From the NCBI RefSeq assembly GCF_013315695.1, contig NZ_CP054353.1: a stretch of 64,000 nt of DNA; one strand, 5' to 3'. The position numbers and the translations under genes were made by a program. The notes beneath the pieces are model-generated. The model did no database searches and was not told the DNA's origin. It saw only the letters and a list, made by a program, of their open reading frames with translations. Position 1 is the first letter of the stretch. The number at the start of each line of letters is the position of its first letter. Positions 28,564 through 42,777 of the stretch are shown in pieces. Origin of the DNA: Escherichia coli. GTDB taxonomy: Bacteria > Pseudomonadota > Gammaproteobacteria > Enterobacterales > Enterobacteriaceae.

Positions 28564-31500
28564 TCATTGCGCTTTTTCTTTACGCGGTTGGCGCAACACT
28601 TCGTTGATTTGCGGATCGTCCAGCGGACCCGAAATGTGATAGCGCAAAATGGAGACTTTGCTCCACAGCGGCCCCAGCACTTTACTGGCTGCAAACACTG
28701 CCGCGCCAACAATGGGGTTAACCGCAAAAGCCGCAGCCACGCCCACCGTCGCAGAAATCTCTGGTGCGACAACCGCTTCCATATTCAGGTCGCGACGCAC
28801 CAGATTTACCGACCCTTTCATGGCAATGTCCGCTTCCAGGCCATCCACCAGCGTGTCGTCGGTGTGCATAACGCCGTCTTTAATCCACGCGGTGCTGCGA
28901 ATGGAGTCAAAATAGAACCCTTCACCAAAGGTGTCTCTGAAATCAAAACGCAGCTTACGCATCAGGGCATCAACGCTCAATAAGCGCAGCAATTGCCCGG
29001 CATGTCCGGTATTGATTTCGGTAATTTCGCCTTTGCCCAGTTGAGTATGAATGATGCCATTCAACGTCGCCTCATCTGGTTGCCAGGGTGCTTTGCGCCA
29101 GTGTAAATCGTAATCCACATTAAATGACGACTGGCGTATGGGCGTCGTGACACCAAAAAATTCTGCGGCGGCATCAATTTTCTGCCCACGCAGTTTTCCT
29201 TTCAGCGAGGTGCGTTCATTTCCCGGATTGTTAACCCATTCACCATCGGCAGTAAGCCGCGAGAAACCAGTATCAATCAGTCCATTGGTCAGCGTTAATG
29301 TATTGCCAGAAATGGTGATATCACTGTCAATGCGCCCGAATTTTTGCCCCCAGAACCAGCACTCTGCGCATCGTATTTGGGCGTCCGGCCAGCCACGGAA
29401 GTTAATGCGCTCCGTTGTCGGGAAAGATGATGACTGTGTTGAATCACCACGAGTTTTCGCCACGCTCGGGTTGTAATAAAGATATTTGATATTCGCCAGC
29501 CACGGCGCGTTATTACGCATCGCCAGCGTGGCGTTGATTTCACGCCCTTGCGCCTCAACCAGGGTGCCATTTGCCGTCGGTTGCGAAACAATACTCAGGT
29601 TATTCCATTGCTGATTTCCCAGCGACAACATAGGCGTACGTAACGTTATGTGTTGTGGGAAACTCGCTGCACCACCGACACTCTCCGCCGCGCCTTTCTG
29701 GAACAGGGCCAGCCACTCGGCACCATTCATCGGCGGCATATTGAGTTCAACGCCACTTTGTTCCGGCAACGGCGGGAGCGTTTTACTGTCTGCCGCCCAA
29801 ATAGCACGATCGAGCGTCAGCTTTTGACCGAGCAACCAGCGGCTATTGAAATGGTTATCCGCACCTGCCTGTCCGGTTAATTCAAAGCTGTTGAGATTGC
29901 CATCAACCTTAACGTTTACCGGTAGTGGTTCACCCGCAGGTTTGGCTAACGGTGAAGGTAAGTGACTGCTCACATTCTTCAGATCGCCGTTCAGCTCTAC
30001 GTTATAGGTCGCGCCAGCATGATAAGGCAACTCAATGCCCACTTTACCATCCCACGCCACGCTGCCATTTAATGCTTCGTTCACCGCTTCAGGCAGAACG
30101 CCGGTTTTCGCTGGTTGCCAGTTACCGTTGAGATTCACCGCGACCTGGTAGGCTTTTGCCCCTTCTTTGGTGGAAAAATCCACGTTCAACGGCTGATTAA
30201 ACCAGCTTGCTGTCAGTGGTTCACTTTGCAGATCGCCATTAATAAAGCTGAATTTCCCGCTCAAATTTTTCAGGGTGCTGTCGAGTGGTTTGATAAACAG
30301 ACTGTTATTACGCAGCGTCACTTCACCTTTCGCGGTTACCAGTTCGCCGTTCAGCGGGATATCAAGATGTAAGCGAGCATTCACATCGCCGTCGAGCTGG
30401 AGTTCTTGCAGGGTCGCACCCAGAGAATCTTTCAGCGGTGTCTCATCAAAGTAAGGGCCGACGGCTTTACCCGGGCCTTTAATGTCAGCGTCAATCAGCA
30501 GTTTTTCTTTTGAGTAGTCAGGGATCACTGCGGTGAGATTACTCGCACGCACGCCGCCCAGATTAACGCCATCGGTTTTCATCCATAAACCGTCGTTAAT
30601 AAAGTCCAGTTCAATATCAAGGTTAGTTAATGCAGGCCAGTCCGGCTGGAAGGCAAACTTCGCGTTGCGCAGCGGCACCAGCACTTCAAACTGACCTTCA
30701 TTGTGTTTATAGGGGAAGAGTTGCGGATTGCCACCATAAACCAGCGTCGCGTTATCCGCTTCACCGCCCTGAATCGCGCCACTTAAGTAATCAACCAGGT
30801 CTTTACCCATCAAGTTTTCCGGGAAATAGCGCCAGGCTTGTGAACCATCATCGGTACTGATGCCAGCCAGAATACCCAGCCAGGGTTCATCGTTAGCAGG
30901 TTGCAGGTAACGAAAATCGCCGCGCGCATGGACGGCTTTGGCTTTAACGTCAATATTACGTCCATCCAGCTGGAAACCTTTGTCATTGTTCAGCCAGCTT
31001 ATCGTTGCCTGGCCGTCGGCGATTTCCAGTGGCGCGCGGAATACCGTTTCGTAAGGCATCTTTGCCTGCTTCATCGACGCAGTAAGCAAACCATTTTCTA
31101 CGCTGCCGGAAAGCGTCCCGGAGAAGTGTTCCGCACCCGGTAATAATTTCCATTGCTTCCAGGCCAGATCGCTCCACGATGCCTGAAAACGGGTCTTGTC
31201 TGCCGCCTGAAGCGGGATATCCAGCGCCAGAGTGTTAATCTTGCCGCTCGGTTGTGTGGAGCGCCAAACATCACCCAGTGCAGGTGAAAGTTTCGCGACC
31301 AGCGGGCGTACGCCCTCCAGGCCTGCCAGCTCCAGATTACTGGCGCGAATCCGGAGTTCGTCACTGCGTTTATTGTCTTTGCCTCTAACGTCCTGTTCCG
31401 GTATCCAGGCCAGCGTCAATGCTCCGCTCGGCCAGGGTTTGCCGTCCATCGTGATCCGTGTATCGGGAATAGAGAACTGCCATCCCGGATTTTCACGCGT

Positions 31501-32364
31501 AATATGCGCAGTCAGATTATCCACCGACAGCGTATGTGTTTCCTTCTCGCCCAACCAGCTGGCACCGCCCTGTTTCAGCCAGACGTCACCGCCGGTTACA
31601 TCGCCTTTGTCGATCGTCATCCAGCCTTCAAGGGAGAACTGTGCCGTTTCCAGCGCAATATTGTCCTGCATCCATTTACCGAGCCACGGCTTCAGGTCGA
31701 TGTCATCCGCCTGGAGCCAGACGCGACCATTGCTTAACAACCCCTCATCATCGCGCAAATCCATGCGCACCTGCATCACGCCGTGCTGTCCGGTAAGGCT
31801 GGAGAGGCTTACCAGGCCTTCCGCACGGTGTCGACGTGGATCGTTCAGCCAGGTGAGCTGTGGGATCGCCAGCTCGGCGCGCTGACCGGATAGCGTCAGG
31901 AAACTGACTTCACTGTCGCGGAGATCGAAATGGTCAAATTGACGAAGAAAAAGATCGCTGATGTGACTGGCTTCCAGGCTATCATTACCACCACCGCTGG
32001 TGATAGGAGTGTTGGTGCGAAAGCGCAGCTGCCAGAAAGTGAGGTCGCGAAACTGCCAGCGCATATGTAACAAGCTCTGCCAGACATCCAGCGCCAGAGT
32101 AACGCGTTTAACCGAAAATTCGCCGCCATCTTTTAGTTCTGCACGGATGTCGTGCGCTTCAAGCGTCGGACCAAAATTCTGCCAGCTGGCTGAGAGCTGA
32201 CTGGCTTCTACCGGCATGCCAGTCGCGGATTCTATTTTGTTGAGGATTTCCGGACGCCAGGCGTCAAGATGCGGTAAAGCAATACGCAGGCCGCTAACCA
32301 GCAGGGCAGCGATCACAACGAGCGCAGCTCCAGTAAGCAGTAAAATCCCCGGCAATCGCCTCAC
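28564..32364 (-). CDS. yhdP: AsmA-family envelope protein YhdP
   Basis: 1266-aa ORF with N-terminal TM anchor; between tldD and rng. Confidence 0.92.
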   Translation of the reverse strand: MRRLPGILLLTGAALVVIAALLVSGLRIALPHLDAWRPEILNKIESATGMPVEASQLSASWQNFGPTLEAHDIRAELKDGGEFSVKRVTLALDVWQSLLHMRWQFRDLTFWQLRFRTNTPITSGGGNDSLEASHISDLFLRQFDHFDLRDSEVSFLTLSGQRAELAIPQLTWLNDPRRHRAEGLVSLSSLTGQHGVMQVRMDLRDDEGLLSNGRVWLQADDIDLKPWLGKWMQDNIALETAQFSLEGWMTIDKGDVTGGDVWLKQGGASWLGEKETHTLSVDNLTAHITRENPGWQFSIPDTRITMDGKPWPSGALTLAWIPEQDVRGKDNKRSDELRIRASNLELAGLEGVRPLVAKLSPALGDVWRSTQPSGKINTLALDIPLQAADKTRFQASWSDLAWKQWKLLPGAEHFSGTLSGSVENGLLTASMKQAKMPYETVFRAPLEIADGQATISWLNNDKGFQLDGRNIDVKAKAVHARGDFRYLQPANDEPWLGILAGISTDDGSQAWRYFPENLMGKDLVDYLSGAIQGGEADNATLVYGGNPQLFPYKHNEGQFEVLVPLRNAKFAFQPDWPALTNLDIELDFINDGLWMKTDGVNLGGVRASNLTAVIPDYSKEKLLIDADIKGPGKAVGPYFDETPLKDSLGATLQELQLDGDVNARLHLDIPLNGELVTAKGEVTLRNNSLFIKPLDSTLKNLSGKFSFINGDLQSEPLTASWFNQPLNVDFSTKEGAKAYQVAVNLNGNWQPAKTGVLPEAVNEALNGSVAWDGKVGIELPYHAGATYNVELNGDLKNVSSHLPSPLAKPAGEPLPVNVKVDGNLNSFELTGQAGADNHFNSRWLLGQKLTLDRAIWAADSKTLPPLPEQSGVELNMPPMNGAEWLALFQKGAAESVGGAASFPQHITLRTPMLSLGNQQWNNLSIVSQPTANGTLVEAQGREINATLAMRNNAPWLANIKYLYYNPSVAKTRGDSTQSSSFPTTERINFRGWPDAQIRCAECWFWGQKFGRIDSDITISGNTLTLTNGLIDTGFSRLTADGEWVNNPGNERTSLKGKLRGQKIDAAAEFFGVTTPIRQSSFNVDYDLHWRKAPWQPDEATLNGIIHTQLGKGEITEINTGHAGQLLRLLSVDALMRKLRFDFRDTFGEGFYFDSIRSTAWIKDGVMHTDDTLVDGLEADIAMKGSVNLVRRDLNMEAVVAPEISATVGVAAAFAVNPIVGAAVFAASKVLGPLWSKVSILRYHISGPLDDPQINEVLRQPRKEKAQ

Positions 32365-32431
32365 CCGTCACTCCTTGTCTGCTAAAAATGTGACTCAAAA
32401 ACCCTTTGCCGGATGGCGGCCCAGCATCTGT

Positions 32432-33901
32432 TTACATCATTACGACGTCAAACTGCTCCTGGTTATAGAGCGGTTCAATTTGTACTTTAACCTGTTTGCC
32501 AACGAAAATTTCCACTTCCGCCAGCGAGTGTGACTCTTCGCCTTTCAAGGCTTCGGCTACTGCCGGAGAAGCATAGACCAGGAAACGGTCGGAGTCGTAA
32601 GCATGGTGGACACGAACAATCTCGCGCATGATTTCATAGCATACCGTTTCCACGGTTTTCACCGTTCCGCGACCGTGGCAGGTTGGGCATTCGTTACACA
32701 GTACGTGCTCAATGCTTTCGCGGGTGCGTTTACGCGTCATCTCCACCAGCCCCAGCGCCGAAAAACCATTAACGCTGGTTTTCACCCGATCTTTGCTCAA
32801 CGCCTGCTCCAGCGAGTGCAGCACGCGGCGGCGGTGATCTTCATTATTCATATCGATGAAATCAATAATGATAATCCCGCCCAGATTACGCAACCGTAAC
32901 TGGCGAGCGATAGCCTGCGTCGCTTCAATATTGGTATTGAAAATGGTGTCGTCCAGATTGCGATGACCGACAAACGCCCCGGTATTGATGTCCACGGTGG
33001 TCATCGCCTCGGTCTGGTCGATAATCAGATAGCCACCGGATTTCAGTTCTACTTTGCGTTCCAGCGCCCGCTGGATTTCGTTTTCGACATCAAAGAGATC
33101 GAAAATCGGCTGGCGTCCGGTGTAATGCTCCAGCTTGCTGGTCATCTCGGGAATGTACTCCGAGGTAAACTCCAGCAATGCTTCGTAAGTCAGGCGTGAG
33201 TCAACGCGAATGCGGTCGAGTTCGGCGTCGGCGAAATCACGCAGAACACGCTGCGCCAGCGCCAGTTCGCCGTACAGCTGATAACGGGTCTGTGGGCGCT
33301 TTTTACGCTCCATAACTTTGGTCCAGACGCGTTTCAGATAAGCGGCATCGGAGGCCAGTTCAGCCTCGCCAACCCCTTCCGCTGCGGTACGGATGATAAA
33401 CCCGCCCTGCTCGTCGCAATACTCTGCGACCACTTTTTTCAGGCGTTCACGTTCTGATTCGCTTTCAATTCGTTGGGAAACCCCAACGTGAGAAGCCCCT
33501 GGCATAAATACCAGATAGCGAGAAGGCAGCGTGATATCGGTGGTCAGGCGCGCACCCTTAGTGCCAAGCGGATCTTTCACCACCTGCACCATCAGATCTT
33601 GCCCCTGACGGACCAGCTCCGAGATGTCGCGCACCGTGAATTGCTTTTGTTCTTCACCCGCCACACATTCGGTGTGCGGCATGATGTCAGATGCATGAAG
33701 AAACGCGGCTTTATCCAGCCCAATATCTACAAAAGCCGCCTGCATACCCGGAAGTACACGACTTACACGACCCTTGTAGATATTGCCTACTATTCCGCGT
33801 CGCGCCTCACGTTCAATATGAATTTCCTGCAGAATACCGCCATCAATATACGCCACTCGCGTTTCCGAAGGCGTTACGTTTACTAACAATTCAGCCGTCA
33901 T
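32432..33901 (-). CDS. rng: ribonuclease G
   Basis: 489-aa RNase E/G family protein with S1 domain; start at MTAELLVNV. Confidence 0.95.
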
Positions 33902-34484
33902 GTTTATCCCTTTTCTCACGCAGTGCGTTAAAATTACTTAATAATTCATACGTTTCAACCAGCGGTAAGCCGACTACGGCGTGATAGCTGCCATTTATCT
34001 TCCTGACAAAACAGCCACCCAGCCCCTGAATACCGTATGCACCTGCTTTATCTAACGGTTCACCGCTGGCGACATAGCCCGCGATGTCTTCGTCTGTTAA
34101 CGTTCTGAAAGTCACATCGGTGACCACCAGGCAATCGAGAATGTGCTGGCTGTCGGCCAACGCCACTGCCGTCATTACCTGATGGGTCTGACCCGATAAT
34201 TTGCGCAACATCTGCGCCGCATGCTCTGCGTCGCGCGGTTTCTCCAGTACTTCTCCGTTCAGGATAACGATAGTATCCGCACCCAGCACCGGGAGATCCT
34301 GCGCCGTTTGCGCGACACCCGCCTGTGCTTTCTCGCGCGCCAGACGCACAACATACTGCTGCGCGCTCTCCTGCGGCTGACGCTGCTCCTCAATGCCCGT
34401 AACAATACGTTCAAAGGTTACGCCAAGTTGCGCAAGTAACTCCTGACGACGCGGAGAACCGGAAGCTAAATACAGAGAAGTCAT
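33891..34484 (-). CDS. yhdE: Maf-like nucleotide pyrophosphatase YhdE
   Basis: 197-aa Maf-family ORF downstream of mreD. Confidence 0.92.
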   Translation of the reverse strand: MTSLYLASGSPRRQELLAQLGVTFERIVTGIEEQRQPQESAQQYVVRLAREKAQAGVAQTAQDLPVLGADTIVILNGEVLEKPRDAEHAAQMLRKLSGQTHQVMTAVALADSQHILDCLVVTDVTFRTLTDEDIAGYVASGEPLDKAGAYGIQGLGGCFVRKINGSYHAVVGLPLVETYELLSNFNALREKRDKHDG

Positions 34485-34492
34485 AGAAACCT

Positions 34493-36084
<1,592 letters not shown>

Positions 36085-36149
36085 AAGTTATGCGTATTCT
36101 CGTATCAGACCAGGCAGGGTAAACAGACGCTTCCCCTGCCTGCATCCGA

Positions 36150-37319
<1,170 letters not shown>

Positions 37320-37497
37320 TTACAAATCTCTGCCTGAGTCCAGAAAGGCTTAATGCATCAGCAGCATTCCTCGCCTGTTTGCAACCGCGTAAGGTCATTC
37401 ATCTGCATATGTGCTGCAACAATCTGGCGAGCAGACAAGCACACTCCCATGAGACGCAGCGCGCGTTATTCTACGTGAAAACGGATTAAACGGCAGG

Positions 37498-39438
37498 TTA
37501 AACCGAGTATCTTTGTGAATATTTTTTCACGTTAGTATCAAGTGGCTGTGAGGACGCGAAAAAATCCCCTTGCCCACCTGTAACACCGCGCTGAATCAGG
37601 GTCTGCCACTCGCTTCGCGAACGCACGCCGGTGGCGTAAACCTGGGTGCTGGTCCCGGAGCAGGCTTCCACCAGGCTTTGAACCAGCAGCTGGTTCTCCG
37701 TTCGCTTCTCAATGTTTCTGACCAGCCCCGGATGGAGCTTGAGTAACTCAACATTAAGTTCTTTGATCCAACTGGTGCTTACCAGCGTCAAACCAGCCTG
37801 GTTGACGGCTACCCGTACCCCTAAAGCATTCACTAAACGAATAACAGGTTGTAAGCGACTGATATGTTGACCTACATCGGCCTCTGCAAGTTCAATAATT
37901 ATGCGTTTTCGTTGCGATCTTTCACATTGCATTAACGTATCGCGCAGCCAACGCTGAAAACGCGGGCGAATCAGCGACTCAACGGTAACCTGAATCGCCA
38001 GATTTTCCTCCGGCCAGTAACGCAATAGTGGAATCAGACGGCTGATTTGCAGGCGGTCATACTCTTCCGATAAGCCAAACTGCAAGACCATCGGCATATA
38101 CTCCGCCGAGCTAACCTCTTCATTACCATCGAAGATGCGGCACATGAGTTCGCGATGATGAACCTGACCTTCGCGAGTAACCGCCGGTTTTTGATAAAGG
38201 CGCGGGCCGCCGCGACTCAGCATTTGCTCGATAAGCGTACGCCAGCGAACATTACCGCGTCCTTTTTCAGGCAACGAGTCATCGTAAATAGCCCAGCTAT
38301 TGCCGCCCTGCAATCCCGCATTACGCGTGGCAGACTCTGCATGTTCCATTACCTGCTCGGTATCCTGACCACTACGCCAGGCACAGATACCAATGTGGAT
38401 CATATCGTCGCGATCGAGCATTTTATTGTTCGGCAAGGTATCGACGGCTTTGATTAACTGACTGGCGATGCTCTCTGCCTCTTTTAACGTCCGGTGCGGT
38501 AACAGCGCAGCAAAATCACTGCGGTGGTAACGCGCCAGCAGTGCGCCAGGGTAGCGCATCATAAATGTCGATAGCAGATTCGTCAGAGAGAAGAACTGTT
38601 CTTCAACCTGGCTGTGCCCCCAGGTATCACTCAACATATTGAAATCCGGCAGACGAATCATCATCACGATCCCGTGGGTACCTACTTTCTCCTGATCTTC
38701 CAGTAACGTTGCTAACTGATTATCGAAGAAGAGTCGGTTATTGAGGCCGGTTTTCATGTCCTGGGCGGCATAAGAGCGGATCAGCGTATCAAGACGGCTG
38801 TGTTGTTCGCGTGCGTTCTGAATTTCACAAAGCAGCGTATCCAGCGCACTGCTGGTTCTGGGCGGCCATTCATAGATGGTTCCCAACACATTAGAGCCAC
38901 GCTCACCGTTTAAGATACGAGTAGCCCGGGTTTCCAGCAATTCTTGCCCGGCAAGTTGCCGTTGTAACCAGCGTACCGCCAGGAAGAGCATAAGAATGAT
39001 AAAGCCAATCGCCCCCGTGAGCGGCGCGGTAGTCATTAAAGAATGGAAATAGTTGCCCATCGGATCCTGATAAACCAGACGCAGCGACATCCCCGGATGC
39101 TTTATCAACGGAACGCTCAGTTCGCGAAACAGATCGCTGGTGCCAACCGGACGATAACTACCATTTCTGGCCAGGGTATATACCTGTTTATCACTATGCA
39201 GCAGGTCTACACGAACGATATCTGCTGACATCATTAATTCGGTAATTTGTGGCCTTAATGCGCTGAAGTCATTCGACACAAGATGGGTATCAATCGCCGT
39301 CGCCACCGCCTGAACGCGATGACTAAACTTATACTGAATGGCGTTGTAGAAACTTAGCGAACAGCCCAGCAAAGTCACAAAAATTGTTAACCCGGTGAGC
39401 AGCGTAACAAAGGCCGAAAATTTCGTCGTTAATCTCAT
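37498..39438 (-). CDS. csrD: CsrB/CsrC sRNA decay factor CsrD (degenerate GGDEF-EAL)
   Basis: 646-aa ORF with two N-terminal TM helices followed by GGDEF-like and EAL-like domains. Confidence 0.93.
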   Translation of the reverse strand: MRLTTKFSAFVTLLTGLTIFVTLLGCSLSFYNAIQYKFSHRVQAVATAIDTHLVSNDFSALRPQITELMMSADIVRVDLLHSDKQVYTLARNGSYRPVGTSDLFRELSVPLIKHPGMSLRLVYQDPMGNYFHSLMTTAPLTGAIGFIILMLFLAVRWLQRQLAGQELLETRATRILNGERGSNVLGTIYEWPPRTSSALDTLLCEIQNAREQHSRLDTLIRSYAAQDMKTGLNNRLFFDNQLATLLEDQEKVGTHGIVMMIRLPDFNMLSDTWGHSQVEEQFFSLTNLLSTFMMRYPGALLARYHRSDFAALLPHRTLKEAESIASQLIKAVDTLPNNKMLDRDDMIHIGICAWRSGQDTEQVMEHAESATRNAGLQGGNSWAIYDDSLPEKGRGNVRWRTLIEQMLSRGGPRLYQKPAVTREGQVHHRELMCRIFDGNEEVSSAEYMPMVLQFGLSEEYDRLQISRLIPLLRYWPEENLAIQVTVESLIRPRFQRWLRDTLMQCERSQRKRIIIELAEADVGQHISRLQPVIRLVNALGVRVAVNQAGLTLVSTSWIKELNVELLKLHPGLVRNIEKRTENQLLVQSLVEACSGTSTQVYATGVRSRSEWQTLIQRGVTGGQGDFFASSQPLDTNVKKYSQRYSV

Positions 39439-39589
39439 CCTTGTGTTAACTCCGATAGTGAGGAAGCGGGCATACTAGCAAATCAGATTTATCTCGCAAT
39501 TTATTGCGCTTCATCGGCTTTGCTTTTCCATTAGCGAGTATAGTCTTCAGAAATTATTTTCCAATCCATCATGCACATGAGGACCACTT

Positions 39590-40564
39590 ATGCAGGCGTT
39601 ACTTTTAGAACAGCAGGACGGCAAAACTCTCGCATCAGTACAGACTCTGGACGAAAGTCGCCTGCCGGAAGGCGATGTCACGGTTGATGTTCACTGGTCG
39701 AGCCTGAACTACAAAGATGCGCTGGCAATTACCGGTAAGGGAAAAATCATCCGTAATTTTCCGATGATTCCTGGGATCGATTTTGCCGGAACTGTACGCA
39801 CCAGCGAAGATCCGCGTTTTCATGCCGGTCAGGAGGTGTTACTCACTGGCTGGGGCGTTGGTGAAAACCACTGGGGTGGGCTGGCGGAGCAGGCGCGAGT
39901 GAAAGGTGACTGGCTGGTTGCCATGCCGCAAGGGCTGGACGCGCGTAAAGCAATGATTATCGGTACTGCCGGTTTTACCGCCATGCTGTGTGTGATGGCG
40001 CTGGAAGATGCCGGTGTTCGCCCGCAGGACGGCGAGATTGTCGTAACGGGTGCCAGTGGTGGCGTCGGCAGTACCGCCGTGGCGCTGCTGCATAAGTTGG
40101 GTTATCAGGTCGTTGCCGTTTCCGGTCGCGAAAGTACCCATGAATATCTGAAAAGTTTAGGAGCCAGCCGTATTCTCCCTCGCGATGAGTTTGCCGAATC
40201 CCGTCCTCTGGAAAAACAAGTCTGGGCTGGGGCAATTGACACCGTTGGCGACAAAGTGCTGGCAAAAGTGCTGGCGCAAATGAATTACGGCGGCTGCGTG
40301 GCGGCCTGTGGTCTGGCGGGTGGTTTTACTCTGCCAACCACGGTCATGCCATTTATTCTGCGTAATGTCCGTTTGCAAGGGGTGGATTCAGTAATGACGC
40401 CACCAGCACGCCGCGCACAAGCCTGGCAGCGACTGGTCGCCGATTTACCGGAATCATTCTATACCCAGGCGGCAAAAGAGATATCTCTGGCAGATGCACC
40501 GAAGTTTGCCGAGGCCATCATTAATAACCAGATCCAGGGTCGCACGCTGGTGAAGGTTAACTAA
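39590..40564 (+). CDS. acuI: acrylyl-CoA reductase / zinc-type oxidoreductase AcuI (YhdH)
   Basis: 324-aa MDR-superfamily quinone oxidoreductase-like protein. Confidence 0.92.
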   Translation: MQALLLEQQDGKTLASVQTLDESRLPEGDVTVDVHWSSLNYKDALAITGKGKIIRNFPMIPGIDFAGTVRTSEDPRFHAGQEVLLTGWGVGENHWGGLAEQARVKGDWLVAMPQGLDARKAMIIGTAGFTAMLCVMALEDAGVRPQDGEIVVTGASGGVGSTAVALLHKLGYQVVAVSGRESTHEYLKSLGASRILPRDEFAESRPLEKQVWAGAIDTVGDKVLAKVLAQMNYGGCVAACGLAGGFTLPTTVMPFILRNVRLQGVDSVMTPPARRAQAWQRLVADLPESFYTQAAKEISLADAPKFAEAIINNQIQGRTLVKVN

Positions 40565-40600
40565 CCATTTAGCAAGGATTAATAAGAGAGGGAACTCATT

Positions 40601-41431
40601 TTGAAATCATTATTCAATCGGTTAACGGGAAAAGCGGTTAGCCGGACAGCTTTCGTCGAACATCTTGGTCATGAAGTTGTACAACATCATCCAAACTGGA
40701 AAGTCATGATTTCGACTGACCATAAATTGATGCGCATTGATACGGGTCACCAAACGGTGGAAATCACTCTTGATGATGCCTACAAACGTTATCAAGCCGC
40801 ACCAGACCCGCTGGAAGAAGTGGCTGCAGATATGCTGAAACAGCTTGCAGAAATGCTGCCGACCGGGCGCTGTATTGTTCCGGTGATTAAAGAAAAAGCC
40901 TGGCTGGATACCGTTCGCCAACAGCTTAGCCAGTATGAATCTGATCCAGAGATCCTCAACGCCTCGCTGGATTTTGCCTGGGAAGACTTTAACGATGAGT
41001 TAATTATCTTGTTTGCTGAAGATGGTAGCGAAACCATGCGCTATCTGATGCGCTACGAAGTGACCATTGACCGCGAACAAGCCATCAATAATTTGAAGCA
41101 AATATTGCCGGAAGTTTCGGCTGAAATCGTTGATACAGGCGCAAACGCTGGAAAAGTTGCCGTTATCTCCGCAGGGGGTACTTATGAGCCCAGTCTGATG
41201 CTCATTGACGATCTTTGGGTGCAATCACCCGATCCTGAATGCGGCGACCTGTTAGTGACTGTTCCCTCCAGAGGAAAACTGTTTTTCACCTACAATGATC
41301 AGCCAGCAAATCTCAGCGCATTACGACAGTTAACAGAACAATGCTTCCGTGAGGATGACCATCCTCTGACAACACAGATATTCATCCGCCGTAACGGTCA
41401 CTTTTATCCCTGGGTAGAAACCTTGCATTAA
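40601..41431 (+). CDS. hypothetical protein, 276 aa (TTG start)
   Basis: Uninterrupted ORF with a plausible Shine-Dalgarno (AGAGAGGGAA) about 10 bp upstream; protein-like composition; no confident family assignment. Confidence 0.55.
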   Translation: MKSLFNRLTGKAVSRTAFVEHLGHEVVQHHPNWKVMISTDHKLMRIDTGHQTVEITLDDAYKRYQAAPDPLEEVAADMLKQLAEMLPTGRCIVPVIKEKAWLDTVRQQLSQYESDPEILNASLDFAWEDFNDELIILFAEDGSETMRYLMRYEVTIDREQAINNLKQILPEVSAEIVDTGANAGKVAVISAGGTYEPSLMLIDDLWVQSPDPECGDLLVTVPSRGKLFFTYNDQPANLSALRQLTEQCFREDDHPLTTQIFIRRNGHFYPWVETLH

Positions 41432-42296
41432 CGCAACCTCCGTCATGCTTGAAAAAGCTTGTCGGAGTATGTGATGAATGCTGCAAACTCACCGAAGCCG
41501 ATTTTGCCACCAAATCGGCTTTTTTATTGTCACGCGGCAAATTCTGAATGCATCACATAGCCGCACTGCCGCCTGACAAAACAGTTTACCTTCTGCAAAA
41601 TGGGGGGAATAATCTGATTTTATTTGATTACAAATTAACCACTTAAACCTATTTAATGCTGAGCATTGTCAGTCGGTTGATTTTGCGTGCTTTAGCATTC
41701 ACATCTATCCAGACGATGCAGTGAAAATTGGGTAATCCCCAGCAACCGCTGCGTAATGTCGTCTATCTTGTCGCGATCCTGGCATCCCTACATTATTTGT
41801 GGTCTGTGAAGATTATCTCATTGCAGCCCCTCATCTTCGCAGGGCTGGCTTTACAGCTTTTCACCTTACGTTATAAGAAGTTCCGTCGATGATGGCGCTA
41901 ATTTCGTGAATTGTGCGGCTTGTTGCAAATTACACGGTGTTGAAGGTTATTTACATGTTAGCTGTTGATTATCTTCCCTGATAAGACCAGTATTTAGCTG
42001 CCAATTGCTACGAAATCGTTATAATGTGCGACCTCGTCCTCCCTGACGCAGTTTTTGCGCTGCGGAAAAGGTGACATTGGCGCAACGAAGGTATATTTTG
42101 TTTTTTGCCGGAGGATAGCAGCAGATCGCTGCACAATGTCCGTCAAGTCTAACATTGACACTCTGGGGCAAAATAGACCGGCGTCCCGGCCTGCTGGAAT
42201 TTATCGCTATGCATACAGCTGTCGGGGCATACGCTTTACAGACGGCGGTGAAACGCCTGTCACAATCACACTAAACAAAGAGTACGGAACCCACTC

Positions 42297-42767
42297 ATGG
42301 ATATTCGTAAGATTAAAAAACTGATCGAGCTGGTTGAAGAATCAGGCATCTCCGAACTGGAAATTTCTGAAGGCGAAGAGTCAGTACGCATTAGCCGTGC
42401 AGCTCCTGCCGCAAGTTTCCCTGTGATGCAACAAGCTTACGCTGCACCAATGATGCAGCAGCCAGCTCAATCTAACGCAGCCGCTCCGGCGACCGTTCCT
42501 TCCATGGAAGCGCCAGCAGCAGCGGAAATCAGTGGTCACATCGTACGTTCCCCGATGGTTGGTACTTTCTACCGCACCCCAAGCCCGGACGCAAAAGCGT
42601 TCATCGAAGTGGGTCAGAAAGTCAACGTGGGCGATACCCTGTGCATCGTTGAAGCCATGAAAATGATGAACCAGATCGAAGCGGACAAATCCGGTACCGT
42701 GAAAGCAATTCTGGTCGAAAGTGGACAACCGGTAGAATTTGACGAGCCGCTGGTCGTCATCGAGTAA
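42297..42767 (+). CDS. accB: biotin carboxyl carrier protein of acetyl-CoA carboxylase
   Basis: 156-aa ORF with Ala/Pro-rich linker and biotinylation motif EAMKMMN. Confidence 0.97.
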
Positions 42768-42777
42768 CGAGGCGAAC

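Noticed and set aside
31232-31885. 217-aa plus-strand ORF inside yhdP
   Set aside because: Antisense to the 1266-aa yhdP frame; Ser/Arg-rich composition typical of a spurious frame.
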